DNA of 64,000 bases from Candidatus Woesebacteria bacterium UBA1430 (GTDB lineage: Bacteria; Patescibacteriota; Microgenomatia; UBA8517): assembly GCA_002329465.1 (NCBI GenBank), contig DCTW01000004.1, positions 66,933 to 130,932 of the forward strand, written 5' to 3'. Shown here in pieces: positions 55,254-64,000 of this stretch; the stretch's first letter is position 1; each line of letters opens with the position of its first letter. The notes beneath the pieces were generated by a model. It did not search any database, was not told the origin of the DNA, and worked only from the letters and a program-made list of their open reading frames with translations. A program made the translations under genes and the position numbers.

Positions 55254-56453
55254 TTACTCATATCTTATAGCCTCAATAGGCGTCAAATTGGCAGCCCTTC
55301 TTGCCGGGAACACACCGAAAAATACTCCGATAAAAGAAGATATCCCAATAGCGGCAAAAACAGCCAAAAAATTTAAAGCCACAGGAAAAAATGGCCTGAC
55401 AACTAAAACAATAAGCGCGGAGGCAACAAGCCCCATTATCCCTCCAAGCCCGGATAAAAGCACACTTTCTGCAACAAACTGAACCAAAATATCCTTCTTT
55501 GTTGCGCCAATCGCCCGTCTTATCCCAATCTCCTTAGTTCTCTCGGTCACATTAGCATACATTATATTCATAATTCCAATACCGCCGACTATCAAAGATA
55601 TCGATCCAATAGCTACCAAAACCGAATTTATCATCCCAAAAATCTGGTTTACAACATCCAAAAGCTCAGACTGTTCGGATACCGAAAACTCATCTTCTTC
55701 ATATCTTTTTAAAAGAGCTTCTTCAATATCGCTCTTAACTCCCTCTATTGCGCCCTCGGAATCTACTCCGACATAAATCGTAAAAAAATTTTTATCCGGA
55801 TTAATGCTTCCAAAAGTAGTTTTATATGACATAAAAATCCCGCCATCCATCTCAGGATCCCCCATCTTTTCAACAACGCCTATTACTTTAAATCTCTGAT
55901 TACCCAGGCGCACCGTTTTTCCGATAGCATTTCCCGCATCATCAAAAAGTTTCTCAGCAATGCTTATACCCAAAACTACATCCTTAGACCTGCTTGAAAT
56001 ATCTTGTCCTTCAAGTATCCTTCCCTCAACAGCTTTAAGATCCATAAGCTTAAACAAGTCTTCGTTCGTCCCCATAAGTGACGCCAACTCCTCTTTTTCT
56101 AAAGAAGTAACAACCATAGATTTCATAAATATCGGCACAACATAGTCAATGTTATCCACCCGGCTAATCGTATTCAAATCCCGCTCATCAAATCTTATTC
56201 CCGTAGCAAGGCTTGATCCAAAAGATGAAAAACCTCCCTCACTAAGGTCGTTTCCCGGCATAATCATAACCAAATTGCTCCCCATATTCTCAAACTGCTG
56301 CCTAATATAATTTTTAAGCCCTATCCCAAGAGCAATAAGCATAACCACCGAAAAAACGCCTATCGTTATACCCAAAGAAGCAAGAATGGTTCGCGTTTTA
56401 TTTCGCTTAAAATCCTCAAAAGCATTTTTTAACAAAAAAGAGTAATAATTCAT
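55254..56453 (-). CDS. MacB/FtsX-like ABC permease
   Basis: RTILASLGITIGV, GGIGIMNIM, VTERTKEIGIRRAIGA, PARRAA..PIEAIRYE. Start moved to the ATG at 56453. Confidence 0.93.
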   Translation of the reverse strand: MNYYSFLLKNAFEDFKRNKTRTILASLGITIGVFSVVMLIALGIGLKNYIRQQFENMGSNLVMIMPGNDLSEGGFSSFGSSLATGIRFDERDLNTISRVDNIDYVVPIFMKSMVVTSLEKEELASLMGTNEDLFKLMDLKAVEGRILEGQDISSRSKDVVLGISIAEKLFDDAGNAIGKTVRLGNQRFKVIGVVEKMGDPEMDGGIFMSYKTTFGSINPDKNFFTIYVGVDSEGAIEGVKSDIEEALLKRYEEDEFSVSEQSELLDVVNQIFGMINSVLVAIGSISLIVGGIGIMNIMYANVTERTKEIGIRRAIGATKKDILVQFVAESVLLSGLGGIMGLVASALIVLVVRPFFPVALNFLAVFAAIGISSFIGVFFGVFPARRAANLTPIEAIRYE

Positions 56454-56454
56454 T

Positions 56455-57129
56455 CTAATATTTATCAACAATAACACCGTCTTTTACGTATATTTTTCTT
56501 TTTGTTCTCTCGGCCACCTCGCTCTCATGAGTAACAACAACAATAGTTACACCAAGATCCTTGTTCAAACTCTCAAGAAGCTTCATAATCTCATCCCCCG
56601 TTTTACTGTCAATATTGCCCGTAGGCTCATCAGCCAAAATAAGCTTGGGTTTCATTATCAACGCTCTAGCTATGGCGGTTCTTTGCTGCTGTCCTCCGGA
56701 AATTTTATTGGGATAAAAATTAGCCCTATCTTCAATGCCAAATCTCTCCAAAAGCTCAAGCGCATACTCCCGTGGGTTAAAAGAAAGCTTATTCTTTGCA
56801 TACTGCGCTGGAAGCATTACATTCTCAAGCACGCTAAACTTCTCAATCAGATTGAACTGTTGAAATACAAATCCTATATTTTCATTCCTTAAAGAAGAAA
56901 TTTCCGAATCGTTTAATTTGCTCGTATCTTTGTCAAACAAATAAACCGCACCGCTCGTCGGTTGATCCAAAAGACCTATAATGTGCATTAAGGTTGACTT
57001 GCCGCTTCCCGAAGATCCCAATATTCCCACATAATCTTTATCTTTAATCTCAATATTTACGCTCTTTAGCGCCTCTACTTTCTCCTCACCAAGCCAATAA
57101 GTTTTATCGACATTTTTAAGTTTAATCAT
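56455..57129 (-). CDS. ABC ATP-binding protein (MacB/LolD type)
   Basis: GSSGSGKST, GFVFQQFNL, SGGQQQR, LADEPTGN, VTH. Confidence 0.95.
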   Translation of the reverse strand: MIKLKNVDKTYWLGEEKVEALKSVNIEIKDKDYVGILGSSGSGKSTLMHIIGLLDQPTSGAVYLFDKDTSKLNDSEISSLRNENIGFVFQQFNLIEKFSVLENVMLPAQYAKNKLSFNPREYALELLERFGIEDRANFYPNKISGGQQQRTAIARALIMKPKLILADEPTGNIDSKTGDEIMKLLESLNKDLGVTIVVVTHESEVAERTKRKIYVKDGVIVDKY

Positions 57130-58132
57130 CCCAGATTAAATCTCCCTCGTTAAAATCTCCCTTTATTTCAACGCGGTCTTCACCCTCTACACCAATCTCG
57201 ACTTCTACTTTATCCTTCTTTTTATTTATATAAACAAAACTTTTCCCATCTTCGTCTCTATTTATAAATTTAGGATCAACATAAAGGACATCTTTTACCT
57301 CTTCAAGCACAAAACTCGCATCTCCTGTCATTCCAAGCCTATATTCAAAATCTTCATTCGAAACGCCATCAAATTCCACTTTCACGGCATACGATACTCC
57401 TATTTCCTCCTGGCTAGGTGAAATCGCTATTTCCGAAATACTGCCCGAAAACTCCTTCTCGGAAAAAGAATCAAGAACAATTCCTACATAGTCCCCCTCC
57501 TTTAACCTAACAACCTCTGTTTGATCCGCGGTAACCTCAAAATATATTGTTTCAGGATCAACTATCTCATATTGAGCCTGGTTATAAATAATATTCACCC
57601 CGGGATTCGGATGACTAACGTAAGCAACAACCCCATCAAAAGGAGCATAAATAGTAGCATCATTCAAAGCAGAAAGAGCTTTAAGATAGTTCTCATACGC
57701 CTTATCTTTAGCAACCTCAGCAGCAGTCCTAGTTTCTTTTTCTGTAAAAGTCTCATCTGATTCGCTATCCTTTACACCATCATAAACTCTCTCAAGCGTT
57801 GCCTCAGCGCTTCTTAAATCAGACTTGGCCTGCTGAAAAGTTGAATTTAAAAGTGCTGTATCAAGCTTAGCAATCGCTTGCCCACGCCTAACTCTATCGC
57901 CCTCACTTACTCCAACCCACGCAATCTTCCCGCTACTGGAAAACTGCAAAACCGCATGTTTCTTCGCCACAACCTCACCGGTCAAGATAAGCTCCTCCTT
58001 AACATCACCTCGCATTACAAACGTACTTTCCATTCCGTCCCCATCTCTTAAAACAAAGTACCAAACGCCAGCTATTAAGACAGCTCCCGCAAACACCACC
58101 GCTATATACTTTTTCTTCAAAAACCTTCTCAT
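57122..58132 (-). CDS. MacA/HlyD-like membrane fusion protein
   Basis: TM; SGKIAWVGVSEGDRV lipoyl-like half; coiled coil; IYAPFDGVV; GMTG. Confidence 0.88.
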   Translation of the reverse strand: MRRFLKKKYIAVVFAGAVLIAGVWYFVLRDGDGMESTFVMRGDVKEELILTGEVVAKKHAVLQFSSSGKIAWVGVSEGDRVRRGQAIAKLDTALLNSTFQQAKSDLRSAEATLERVYDGVKDSESDETFTEKETRTAAEVAKDKAYENYLKALSALNDATIYAPFDGVVAYVSHPNPGVNIIYNQAQYEIVDPETIYFEVTADQTEVVRLKEGDYVGIVLDSFSEKEFSGSISEIAISPSQEEIGVSYAVKVEFDGVSNEDFEYRLGMTGDASFVLEEVKDVLYVDPKFINRDEDGKSFVYINKKKDKVEVEIGVEGEDRVEIKGDFNEGDLIWDD

Positions 58133-58219
58133 AAATTAATTCTAGCGTATATTCTACATCCAAACCCCATTAATAACAAAAATTGACACAACGGGGAAAT
58201 ACCGTATAACATTATAGAT

Positions 58220-59059
58220 ATGGATCAACCTGTCCAAGATAATAACGCATCATCTACAAATCCACAAAACGGACCGATATTTACACCCAATCCGGAAGCA
58301 ACACAACCATCCACCGATTCCACGACCGCTCCCCAAAGCCCGCCCCAACAAAATAGCGATCCTGTCAACATAGTAACATCAGAACCACCACAATCAGGCA
58401 ACGGAAACGGCAAAAAGGCTATATTTGCAATAGCAGGAATTACGGTTTTAATAACAGGTCTTGTTACAGGAGTCTTCCTTATAGGAAGAACCAACCTCAG
58501 AAAAAGCAGCGCGTGGGATTGTAGTGGCTATACTTTTAAACTGGAAAAAACAGGAGAAGTTATAGCAAGCAATCTTTCTGCCTATAACGAACCTCCCCAA
58601 CAAGCAAGAGTTATTATAAATTCCCAAGAAGTAGCAGTTTTTGATGTACCGGCATTAGCCTCGGGAGACACAGCCTCTCTCGGTAATGTTCAACCTCCAA
58701 CTGGTAGCTATAGCTGGGAAATAGTAGGCACTGTTGACTGCAGCAATTCAGGCTCCCACGAACAAGAAATTACGGCACGATGCGAAATCATCAAAGCATA
58801 CGACACCGAAGGCAACCTTCTCAACTTGGACGAGCTAAGCGCACTTCCAGGGGGAAGTACGGTAAGATTTACTGTTTTGGGAAGTACAAGCGAAGGAATT
58901 TTTGATAAAGCAAAATTTATCATTAACGACAGCCCACAAGAAGTAACTAATAAAAACGAATCTGGCGAATTCTACATAGATTACCAAATTCCCGAAGGCA
59001 CAAACACCATAAAAGTTGATGCCCAAGTCCACCACTCGACACTAGACAATTGGTACTAA
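58220..59059 (+). CDS. Membrane-anchored protein with Pro-rich N-terminus and Cys-containing beta-rich ectodomain
   Basis: Disordered N-terminus, TM (LITGLVTGVFL), three Cys, beta-strand pattern; TTGACA-N16-TATAAC promoter upstream. Confidence 0.75.
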   Translation: MDQPVQDNNASSTNPQNGPIFTPNPEATQPSTDSTTAPQSPPQQNSDPVNIVTSEPPQSGNGNGKKAIFAIAGITVLITGLVTGVFLIGRTNLRKSSAWDCSGYTFKLEKTGEVIASNLSAYNEPPQQARVIINSQEVAVFDVPALASGDTASLGNVQPPTGSYSWEIVGTVDCSNSGSHEQEITARCEIIKAYDTEGNLLNLDELSALPGGSTVRFTVLGSTSEGIFDKAKFIINDSPQEVTNKNESGEFYIDYQIPEGTNTIKVDAQVHHSTLDNWY

Positions 59060-59060
59060 T

Positions 59061-59588
59061 ATGAAATATATAAAACAAAACTTATTTACAATCTTAATAG
59101 TATTAGCAACAGTTATTCTTGCCGTTATTGCCGTATTTACAGCTATAAAACTCTATACAGGCGAGCAAAAACCACAAGCTCCGACAGCGCCGCAAAGCGT
59201 TCCTGAAGCAAAAGTAGAAACACAAAACACCCAATGCCAATCGCTGGTATTTACTCTGTCAACCCCCACAGCCACTCCAACAGCTACTCCCGAGGCAACA
59301 CCAAGCCCATCAGCCACACCAAAAGAAACCTCTACACCGTCTCCTACGCCGACATCTACACCCGAAGAAACATCTACTCCGTCACCGTCTCCTACTCCTA
59401 CTTCTACATCAACGCCGTCAGGAACATCAACTCCCGCGCCGACATCTACACCCACAGATACGCCGGCAACCGCGACTCCCACACCCACCCAAGAAGCCAT
59501 GCCGGCTGCTGGCGTAGCATTACCAACGATTATCGGAGTAAGCGCGGGTGTAATTCTAATCCTTGGAGCACTTCTCTTGGCTCTATAA
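59061..59588 (+). CDS. Pro/Thr-rich exported protein with C-terminal MPAAG-TM signal
   Basis: N-terminal TM, long TP/SP repeat tract, C-terminal hydrophobic helix. Confidence 0.8.
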   Translation: MKYIKQNLFTILIVLATVILAVIAVFTAIKLYTGEQKPQAPTAPQSVPEAKVETQNTQCQSLVFTLSTPTATPTATPEATPSPSATPKETSTPSPTPTSTPEETSTPSPSPTPTSTSTPSGTSTPAPTSTPTDTPATATPTPTQEAMPAAGVALPTIIGVSAGVILILGALLLAL

Positions 59589-59592
59589 AAAA

Positions 59593-61206
59593 TTAAAACA
59601 AATCAATTTGCGTAGTTTTAGAACGTTTAGAACTCTTTTTTCGAAACACTCTCTCTACCTCAACACCTTCTAATTCATAATAATATCTTGAGATCTGACA
59701 ATTAGCACCATCCCTATTCAACGAACTCATCAAATAAAGCTCGTCTTTTGCTCTTGTCATAGCTACATATAAAAGCCTTTTTTCTTCATCCAACCGCCCA
59801 TCATCTTCTCCTGCCTTTAAATAAGGGATTGCACCCTCTTCAAATCCGATTACAAAAACAAATCTAAACTCAAGGCCCTTAGAAGCATGCATGCTCATAA
59901 TCGTCAAAAGATCTGCATTTTTATCGTAGTATTCATTTCTCCTTACATCCTCAACTATGTTTAAAAACGCACCCACATCTAAATCTAAATACAAAGAAAC
60001 ATAATTCAAAAAATCATCAAATTTTTTAGATTTTTTAACAAATTCACCCTTTTTTAAAATTTCCTCAAGACAAACACCAAGCTTCATATGAAAATAGCGC
60101 TTTTCGGAAAGAATTGATAAAACTTTTTTCACCTCACTATTTTCAAAAATAGATTCCTCACCCACAACCTGGTGTGGCATACCAGACTCCTCAATCATTT
60201 TTCGCACAATTCTACCAATCCTATGAGTTCTGTAAACTATTGCAAAATCGCCAAACCCGACATCAGCTGAGCCTTGCGCACCCACCTCATTCAAATCAAG
60301 TCCCCCCATCCTTTTTTTAATAAAATTAACAACCCATCTTGCCTCTGCATATTCGTTTGCCACATACATAACACACACCCGGCCAGGTTCCTGTCTTACC
60401 GGCTCGTGTTTATAAGCTTCACTTTCAAACAGCCGGCTGCTAAATCCAATTATCTCCCTACTATTTCTGTAATTCTTGTCAAAAAAAATTCTTTCGGAAT
60501 CCGGAAAATCAAGCTCAAATCTTTTAAAAACACTCTGTATGGAACCTCTAAAAGTATAAATAGACTGGTTTGGATCCCCAATTACATTAATATTTCTCGT
60601 TTCCTTCTCGAATTTCTTCAATATCTCATACTGAACGTCATTCACGTCCTGAAACTCATCTACAAGCACCCATTTATAACCCATCTTTGCCTTTTTCAAA
60701 TATCTTAAATAATCAAGCAAAAGATCATCATAATCCTTTAGTCCTCTCTGTTTAAGTAATCTGTTATAATCTTTAAGAACGTTTTCCACAAACCCACCCG
60801 CACTAGCTAATAAATTAGCCTTTTTATTCGACACAGCCAAAGAAACCTCCCGATCGGAAAGGTCCAAACCGTATTTCTTCTTTAAATTTCTAAGCATCTT
60901 AGACCTTTCATCATTGTTTACAATATCAATGTCGGAAAAACGATTCAAATACTCATAAGCCAGAGAGTGAAACGTATGTACCCCACACCCCTTATCCTCA
61001 AATCCGGAAAGCCTCTCTTTTATCTCAAAACAAGCCTTTCTGGTAAAAGTTAATGCCAGTATTTCATTTCCCCCCACACCGTTTCGAAGAAGCTTCTCGA
61101 TCCGGCAAACCAAAGCACGCGTCTTTCCGGTTCCAGGTCCGGCAATAACAAAAAGCGGCCCCTCACCATAATCTACAAATTTAGCCTGATTACTATTAAG
61201 CTCCAT
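59593..61206 (-). CDS. UvrD-family helicase, compact, EndoQ-associated type
   Basis: IAGPGTGKT, TFTRKA, VDEFQD, GDPNQSIYTFRG, NYRN, HASKGLEF, EEKRLLYVAMTRA. Confidence 0.9.
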   Translation of the reverse strand: MELNSNQAKFVDYGEGPLFVIAGPGTGKTRALVCRIEKLLRNGVGGNEILALTFTRKACFEIKERLSGFEDKGCGVHTFHSLAYEYLNRFSDIDIVNNDERSKMLRNLKKKYGLDLSDREVSLAVSNKKANLLASAGGFVENVLKDYNRLLKQRGLKDYDDLLLDYLRYLKKAKMGYKWVLVDEFQDVNDVQYEILKKFEKETRNINVIGDPNQSIYTFRGSIQSVFKRFELDFPDSERIFFDKNYRNSREIIGFSSRLFESEAYKHEPVRQEPGRVCVMYVANEYAEARWVVNFIKKRMGGLDLNEVGAQGSADVGFGDFAIVYRTHRIGRIVRKMIEESGMPHQVVGEESIFENSEVKKVLSILSEKRYFHMKLGVCLEEILKKGEFVKKSKKFDDFLNYVSLYLDLDVGAFLNIVEDVRRNEYYDKNADLLTIMSMHASKGLEFRFVFVIGFEEGAIPYLKAGEDDGRLDEEKRLLYVAMTRAKDELYLMSSLNRDGANCQISRYYYELEGVEVERVFRKKSSKRSKTTQIDLF

Positions 61207-62490
61207 CTAAATATCAAGTGCGAGCTGGTTAGAAGAATCCTTTCCCTCAAAAACCTTTACCACCCCAAACACACCGTCATACCCCGGCTCAATCTTTAAA
61301 TTTCCGCTTCTCATTCTTTCAATAGCTTCCTTAAGCCTAACTCCACCCGCCTTCTCAATATCTGCCAAATTCACATCCCTTAATATACTAAACTCACTCC
61401 CCAGCAAAGCACAAAGCTCGTTATAAACTCCGGTTACGCTCTTTGCATTAACGGAAACAATCCCCAGAGTTTCCGCTATTATATTGTCAAGAGGAACAAT
61501 ATATTCAACACTTTTATGTTTTTTGGGTTTATATTCGCTACTTCTATCCGAAAGATCATTCACTCTATGCATTACCCCCAAAACCAAAGGCTCACCACAC
61601 TTCGGACAAATATTATTATTTTTCAACGCCTCCTCGGGTGCCATGCATACACTACACATTCTATGTCCGTCATAATGATATTTACCCTCCTCTGGATAAA
61701 ATTCAATAGTACCAACAAAACGCTCATCTCCGCTTTTTATTGCACCCATAATTTGATCGTAATCAATCCCGCAATCAATAACATTCGCCTCTCGCCCCAA
61801 TTTTTTTGGCGAATGAGCATCGGAATTGGAAACCAAGGTCAAACCATCCAAATCCTTAACCCTCCAATTCATATAAGGATCGGATGAAAGGCCTGTTTCA
61901 ACCGCGTAGATGTATTTCGAACTCTCCCCAAAAGCTTCTTCAACCGAATCAAAACCGCTTTTACTTCCAAACATCGAAAACCAAGGAGTCCAAATATGAG
62001 CCGGTATAAAAAAATTGCCAGATCCGCTGTCAAGAGCAATTTTTAGCAACTCCTCACTATCAAGTCCAAGTATCGGCCTCCCGTCTGACTTTAAATTCCC
62101 GATTTTTGAAAGTTTGGCATTTAGCCTGTCAACACTTTTGAATTCGGAAGAAATAACTACATTGTGTACCTTCCTTACCTTTCCCCCTCTTTTGTATATA
62201 TTACTTATCTCAACAGTCAAAACAAACCGCAAAACACTATCCCGTACGCTTTTTGGTAAAGCCCTGTCCAAAGAATCCGAAAATTTTTTCTTTAGCTTAA
62301 AAAGGCCATTCTCGGCAGGTTCAAGTTTCTCTTTTAACTCGGCCAGCCACAAAGGATGTGTAAAATCGCCGCTACCGATTATGTTTATGCCCTTAAGCTT
62401 TCCCCAGCTATAAAGCGAGGAAAGATCCATATCACGGCTAGTTGCCCGCGAATAATGAGAATGTAAATGCAAATCTACAATCAGTTTCAC
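61207..62490 (-). CDS. Endonuclease Q family protein (PHP domain plus Zn finger)
   Basis: DLHLHSHYSRATS, GSGDFTHP, PAHIWTPW, ETGLSSD, SNSDAHS, GKYHYDGHRMC...CPKCG, GV..RV, PGYDG. Confidence 0.92.
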   Translation of the reverse strand: MKLIVDLHLHSHYSRATSRDMDLSSLYSWGKLKGINIIGSGDFTHPLWLAELKEKLEPAENGLFKLKKKFSDSLDRALPKSVRDSVLRFVLTVEISNIYKRGGKVRKVHNVVISSEFKSVDRLNAKLSKIGNLKSDGRPILGLDSEELLKIALDSGSGNFFIPAHIWTPWFSMFGSKSGFDSVEEAFGESSKYIYAVETGLSSDPYMNWRVKDLDGLTLVSNSDAHSPKKLGREANVIDCGIDYDQIMGAIKSGDERFVGTIEFYPEEGKYHYDGHRMCSVCMAPEEALKNNNICPKCGEPLVLGVMHRVNDLSDRSSEYKPKKHKSVEYIVPLDNIIAETLGIVSVNAKSVTGVYNELCALLGSEFSILRDVNLADIEKAGGVRLKEAIERMRSGNLKIEPGYDGVFGVVKVFEGKDSSNQLALDI

Positions 62491-62494
62491 ACCA

Positions 62495-63043
62495 TTAATA
62501 TCCCAAATCCTCCATCATGGAATTAACATCCACAAACTCCACATCCGAAGGAAGATCAAACATTGACTCAGAAATGTCGTAAGATTCGCAATTATAAACA
62601 ACATCACTACCGTAATCTACTTGTTCCCAAACATCGGATCCCTGGACACCAGGCTCAATTTCACTTTCATCATAACAAGCTTTTACTCCCTGGCTTTGCC
62701 CCTCAATCCAAGTATAGCTACAATTATCCTTAACTATTACTTGTCCCGTCTGTCCTTCTGCGGTATCAATACTGCCTTTATAATTTGCCCCCTTAATATA
62801 TCCCTCATAAACATTCCCCTCAATCCCATAACTACACTTCAATCCGGATCCACGGGCTATCATATCCTTCAAAGAACCCGTAACCATTTCGATCCCGCTC
62901 GGCTCATCGGCGGAACCGGTCTCCTCAACGTTGTTGGGCACAACAATGTCCTCAGTCGCTCCATCATCTTTCGAGAAAAAATATACTACTCCCAAAACAA
63001 TAATGACTGCCAAAACCAAAACCGGTATCAAAAATTTTTTCAT
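62495..63043 (-). CDS. Membrane-anchored acidic exported protein, four Cys
   Basis: N-terminal TM; LKCSY, YTW..GVK, YNC, FDLPSDVEF. Confidence 0.75.
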   Translation of the reverse strand: MKKFLIPVLVLAVIIVLGVVYFFSKDDGATEDIVVPNNVEETGSADEPSGIEMVTGSLKDMIARGSGLKCSYGIEGNVYEGYIKGANYKGSIDTAEGQTGQVIVKDNCSYTWIEGQSQGVKACYDESEIEPGVQGSDVWEQVDYGSDVVYNCESYDISESMFDLPSDVEFVDVNSMMEDLGY

Positions 63044-63045
63044 CC

Positions 63046-63696
63046 TTAATCACCCCCAATTTCTCTAAAGTTTAACACATTCTCTTTTGAAAAACTTGAA
63101 AGCATTTTATCTAATATTTCCTCAAATCCCTGGTTCTTAGGATCCTCAAGAAGATAAAAGATATTTAGATAACCCCCCTCATCACCCCAAGGCAAATAAA
63201 TATTTGTAAATTCACCCAAAGCAGACTCGGTAAACCGATATCCGGATATTCCCCCGATATCCACTTCTTCAACATCACCAACCTCTATATATATCGGGTC
63301 ATTTCTTTTCTCAGAAACAAGCTGATCTACATATTCCAATAAGCTATCATCAGAATAATTGCCCAGAAAAAAAGTCAAAATAATTCCATCATAGACCTCT
63401 GTTCCCCTTGTTTGACTGGGCCCAATAAGCAAAAAACGCACACTTCCGTCCTCATTCTCGGCCACTTCCATTTCGGGAGGATATCTCAAAGAAAAACCGA
63501 AAGCCTCTGATTCAAACATTTTCCAACCATCCAAAACAGGGGGTATATCACTTTCAACCGCAGAAGACATAGAGGTTGGTATAATGCCCGTATTTTGATC
63601 CGAAAAATCATTTCTTCCGAAATTCCCGAAATAACGCCAAAAAACTGTAGCACCTACCAACAAAATCACGAAAACGATTAAAAACACTTTTTTCAT
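63046..63696 (-). CDS. Membrane-anchored PsbP-like domain protein
   Basis: TM; WKMFESEAFGFSLRYP...IGGISGY...LDKMLSSF pattern. Confidence 0.6.
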   Translation of the reverse strand: MKKVFLIVFVILLVGATVFWRYFGNFGRNDFSDQNTGIIPTSMSSAVESDIPPVLDGWKMFESEAFGFSLRYPPEMEVAENEDGSVRFLLIGPSQTRGTEVYDGIILTFFLGNYSDDSLLEYVDQLVSEKRNDPIYIEVGDVEEVDIGGISGYRFTESALGEFTNIYLPWGDEGGYLNIFYLLEDPKNQGFEEILDKMLSSFSKENVLNFREIGGD

Positions 63697-63796
63697 CTAT
63701 CAAATTGTATGTTTATCCCCCACTAATTAACAAGCAGCATTTGACATTAACCAATTTACAATGAAAAAATTAATAAAAGAAAGGAGGTGAAAATAA

Positions 63797-64000
63797 ATGA
63801 AAAAAATATATATTGGTTTAGCTGCCGTTTTAATTTTAATAGGAGCAATGCTTTTAAATACAAATGTATCTAGCGCCAAAAAACCAGAGGCTTGCACCAC
63901 AATTCAAGACGGTGTACTTACATACTCGGCTACTCATTACCTAAACCCAAACCCGCTTAAAATAGGTTACGATGAATACGGATATAACTACCAAGCACAC
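63797..64000 (+). CDS. Secreted protein (partial; runs off the window)
   Basis: SD AAGGAGGTG; MKKIYIGLAAVLILIGAMLLNTNVSSA signal-like segment, then KKPEACTTIQDG...GYDEYGYNYQAH. Confidence 0.75.
   Translation, partial: MKKIYIGLAAVLILIGAMLLNTNVSSAKKPEACTTIQDGVLTYSATHYLNPNPLKIGYDEYGYNYQAH

Noticed and set aside
59260..59490. Repetitive DNA as a CRISPR or VNTR element (also 26930-27040)
   Set aside because: Codon-degenerate Pro/Thr/Ser linker repeats within proteins.
61204..61209. Programmed stop readthrough or recoding at the EndoQ-UvrD junction
   Set aside because: In-frame stop-ATG junctions also occur at rpsO-pnp and comM-yraN, and TAG and TGA end other genes normally, so translational coupling explains it.

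Overview
This is a gene-dense, AT-rich chromosomal segment with no prophage, IS element, rRNA or CRISPR array. It most likely comes from a Patescibacteria (CPR; Microgenomates/Woesebacteria-like) genome. That assignment is an inference from the streamlined IF2, AlaRS, MetRS, HrcA, DnaJ and PcrA proteins, the many GT-C glycosyltransferases, and TGA being used as a stop. Housekeeping content: (1) a minus-strand block hrcA-grpE-dnaK-orphan-dnaJ / nusA-infB-DHH / rpsO-pnp-Lon-like ATPase-rnj / ftsK-rodZ-like / alaS-FtsA-like+baseplate-J-like-sortase-ruvX-Zn ribbon-mltG; (2) murJ/rpsT and a pilN-pilO-like cluster; (3) three UvrD-family helicases, rmuC, EndoQ and comM-yraN-dprA; (4) a MacAB-like ABC exporter, hsp20 and tRNA-Cys. 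There is also a large monoderm-type envelope glycosylation set: a PMT fusion, DUF2723, other GT-Cs, GT2, TagO/WecA, DPPR synthase, LCP and two FemABX proteins. Best candidate for an undescribed system: a sortase plus two unrelated Pro/Thr-rich exported proteins sharing an ungapped 29-aa C-terminal signal (xPxAG-x3-PTII-TM, no basic tail), alongside O-mannosyltransferase-like enzymes and Fem ligases. Other notable signals are a protease-less Lon AAA+ module between pnp and rnj, a transmembrane FtsA-like/baseplate-J-like fusion, 7-bp tandem arrays inside coding regions, pervasive leaderless promoters, three CIRCE operators, a nusA leader terminator and a candidate S15 leader. All protein calls come from recognising motifs by eye; no database searches were run.
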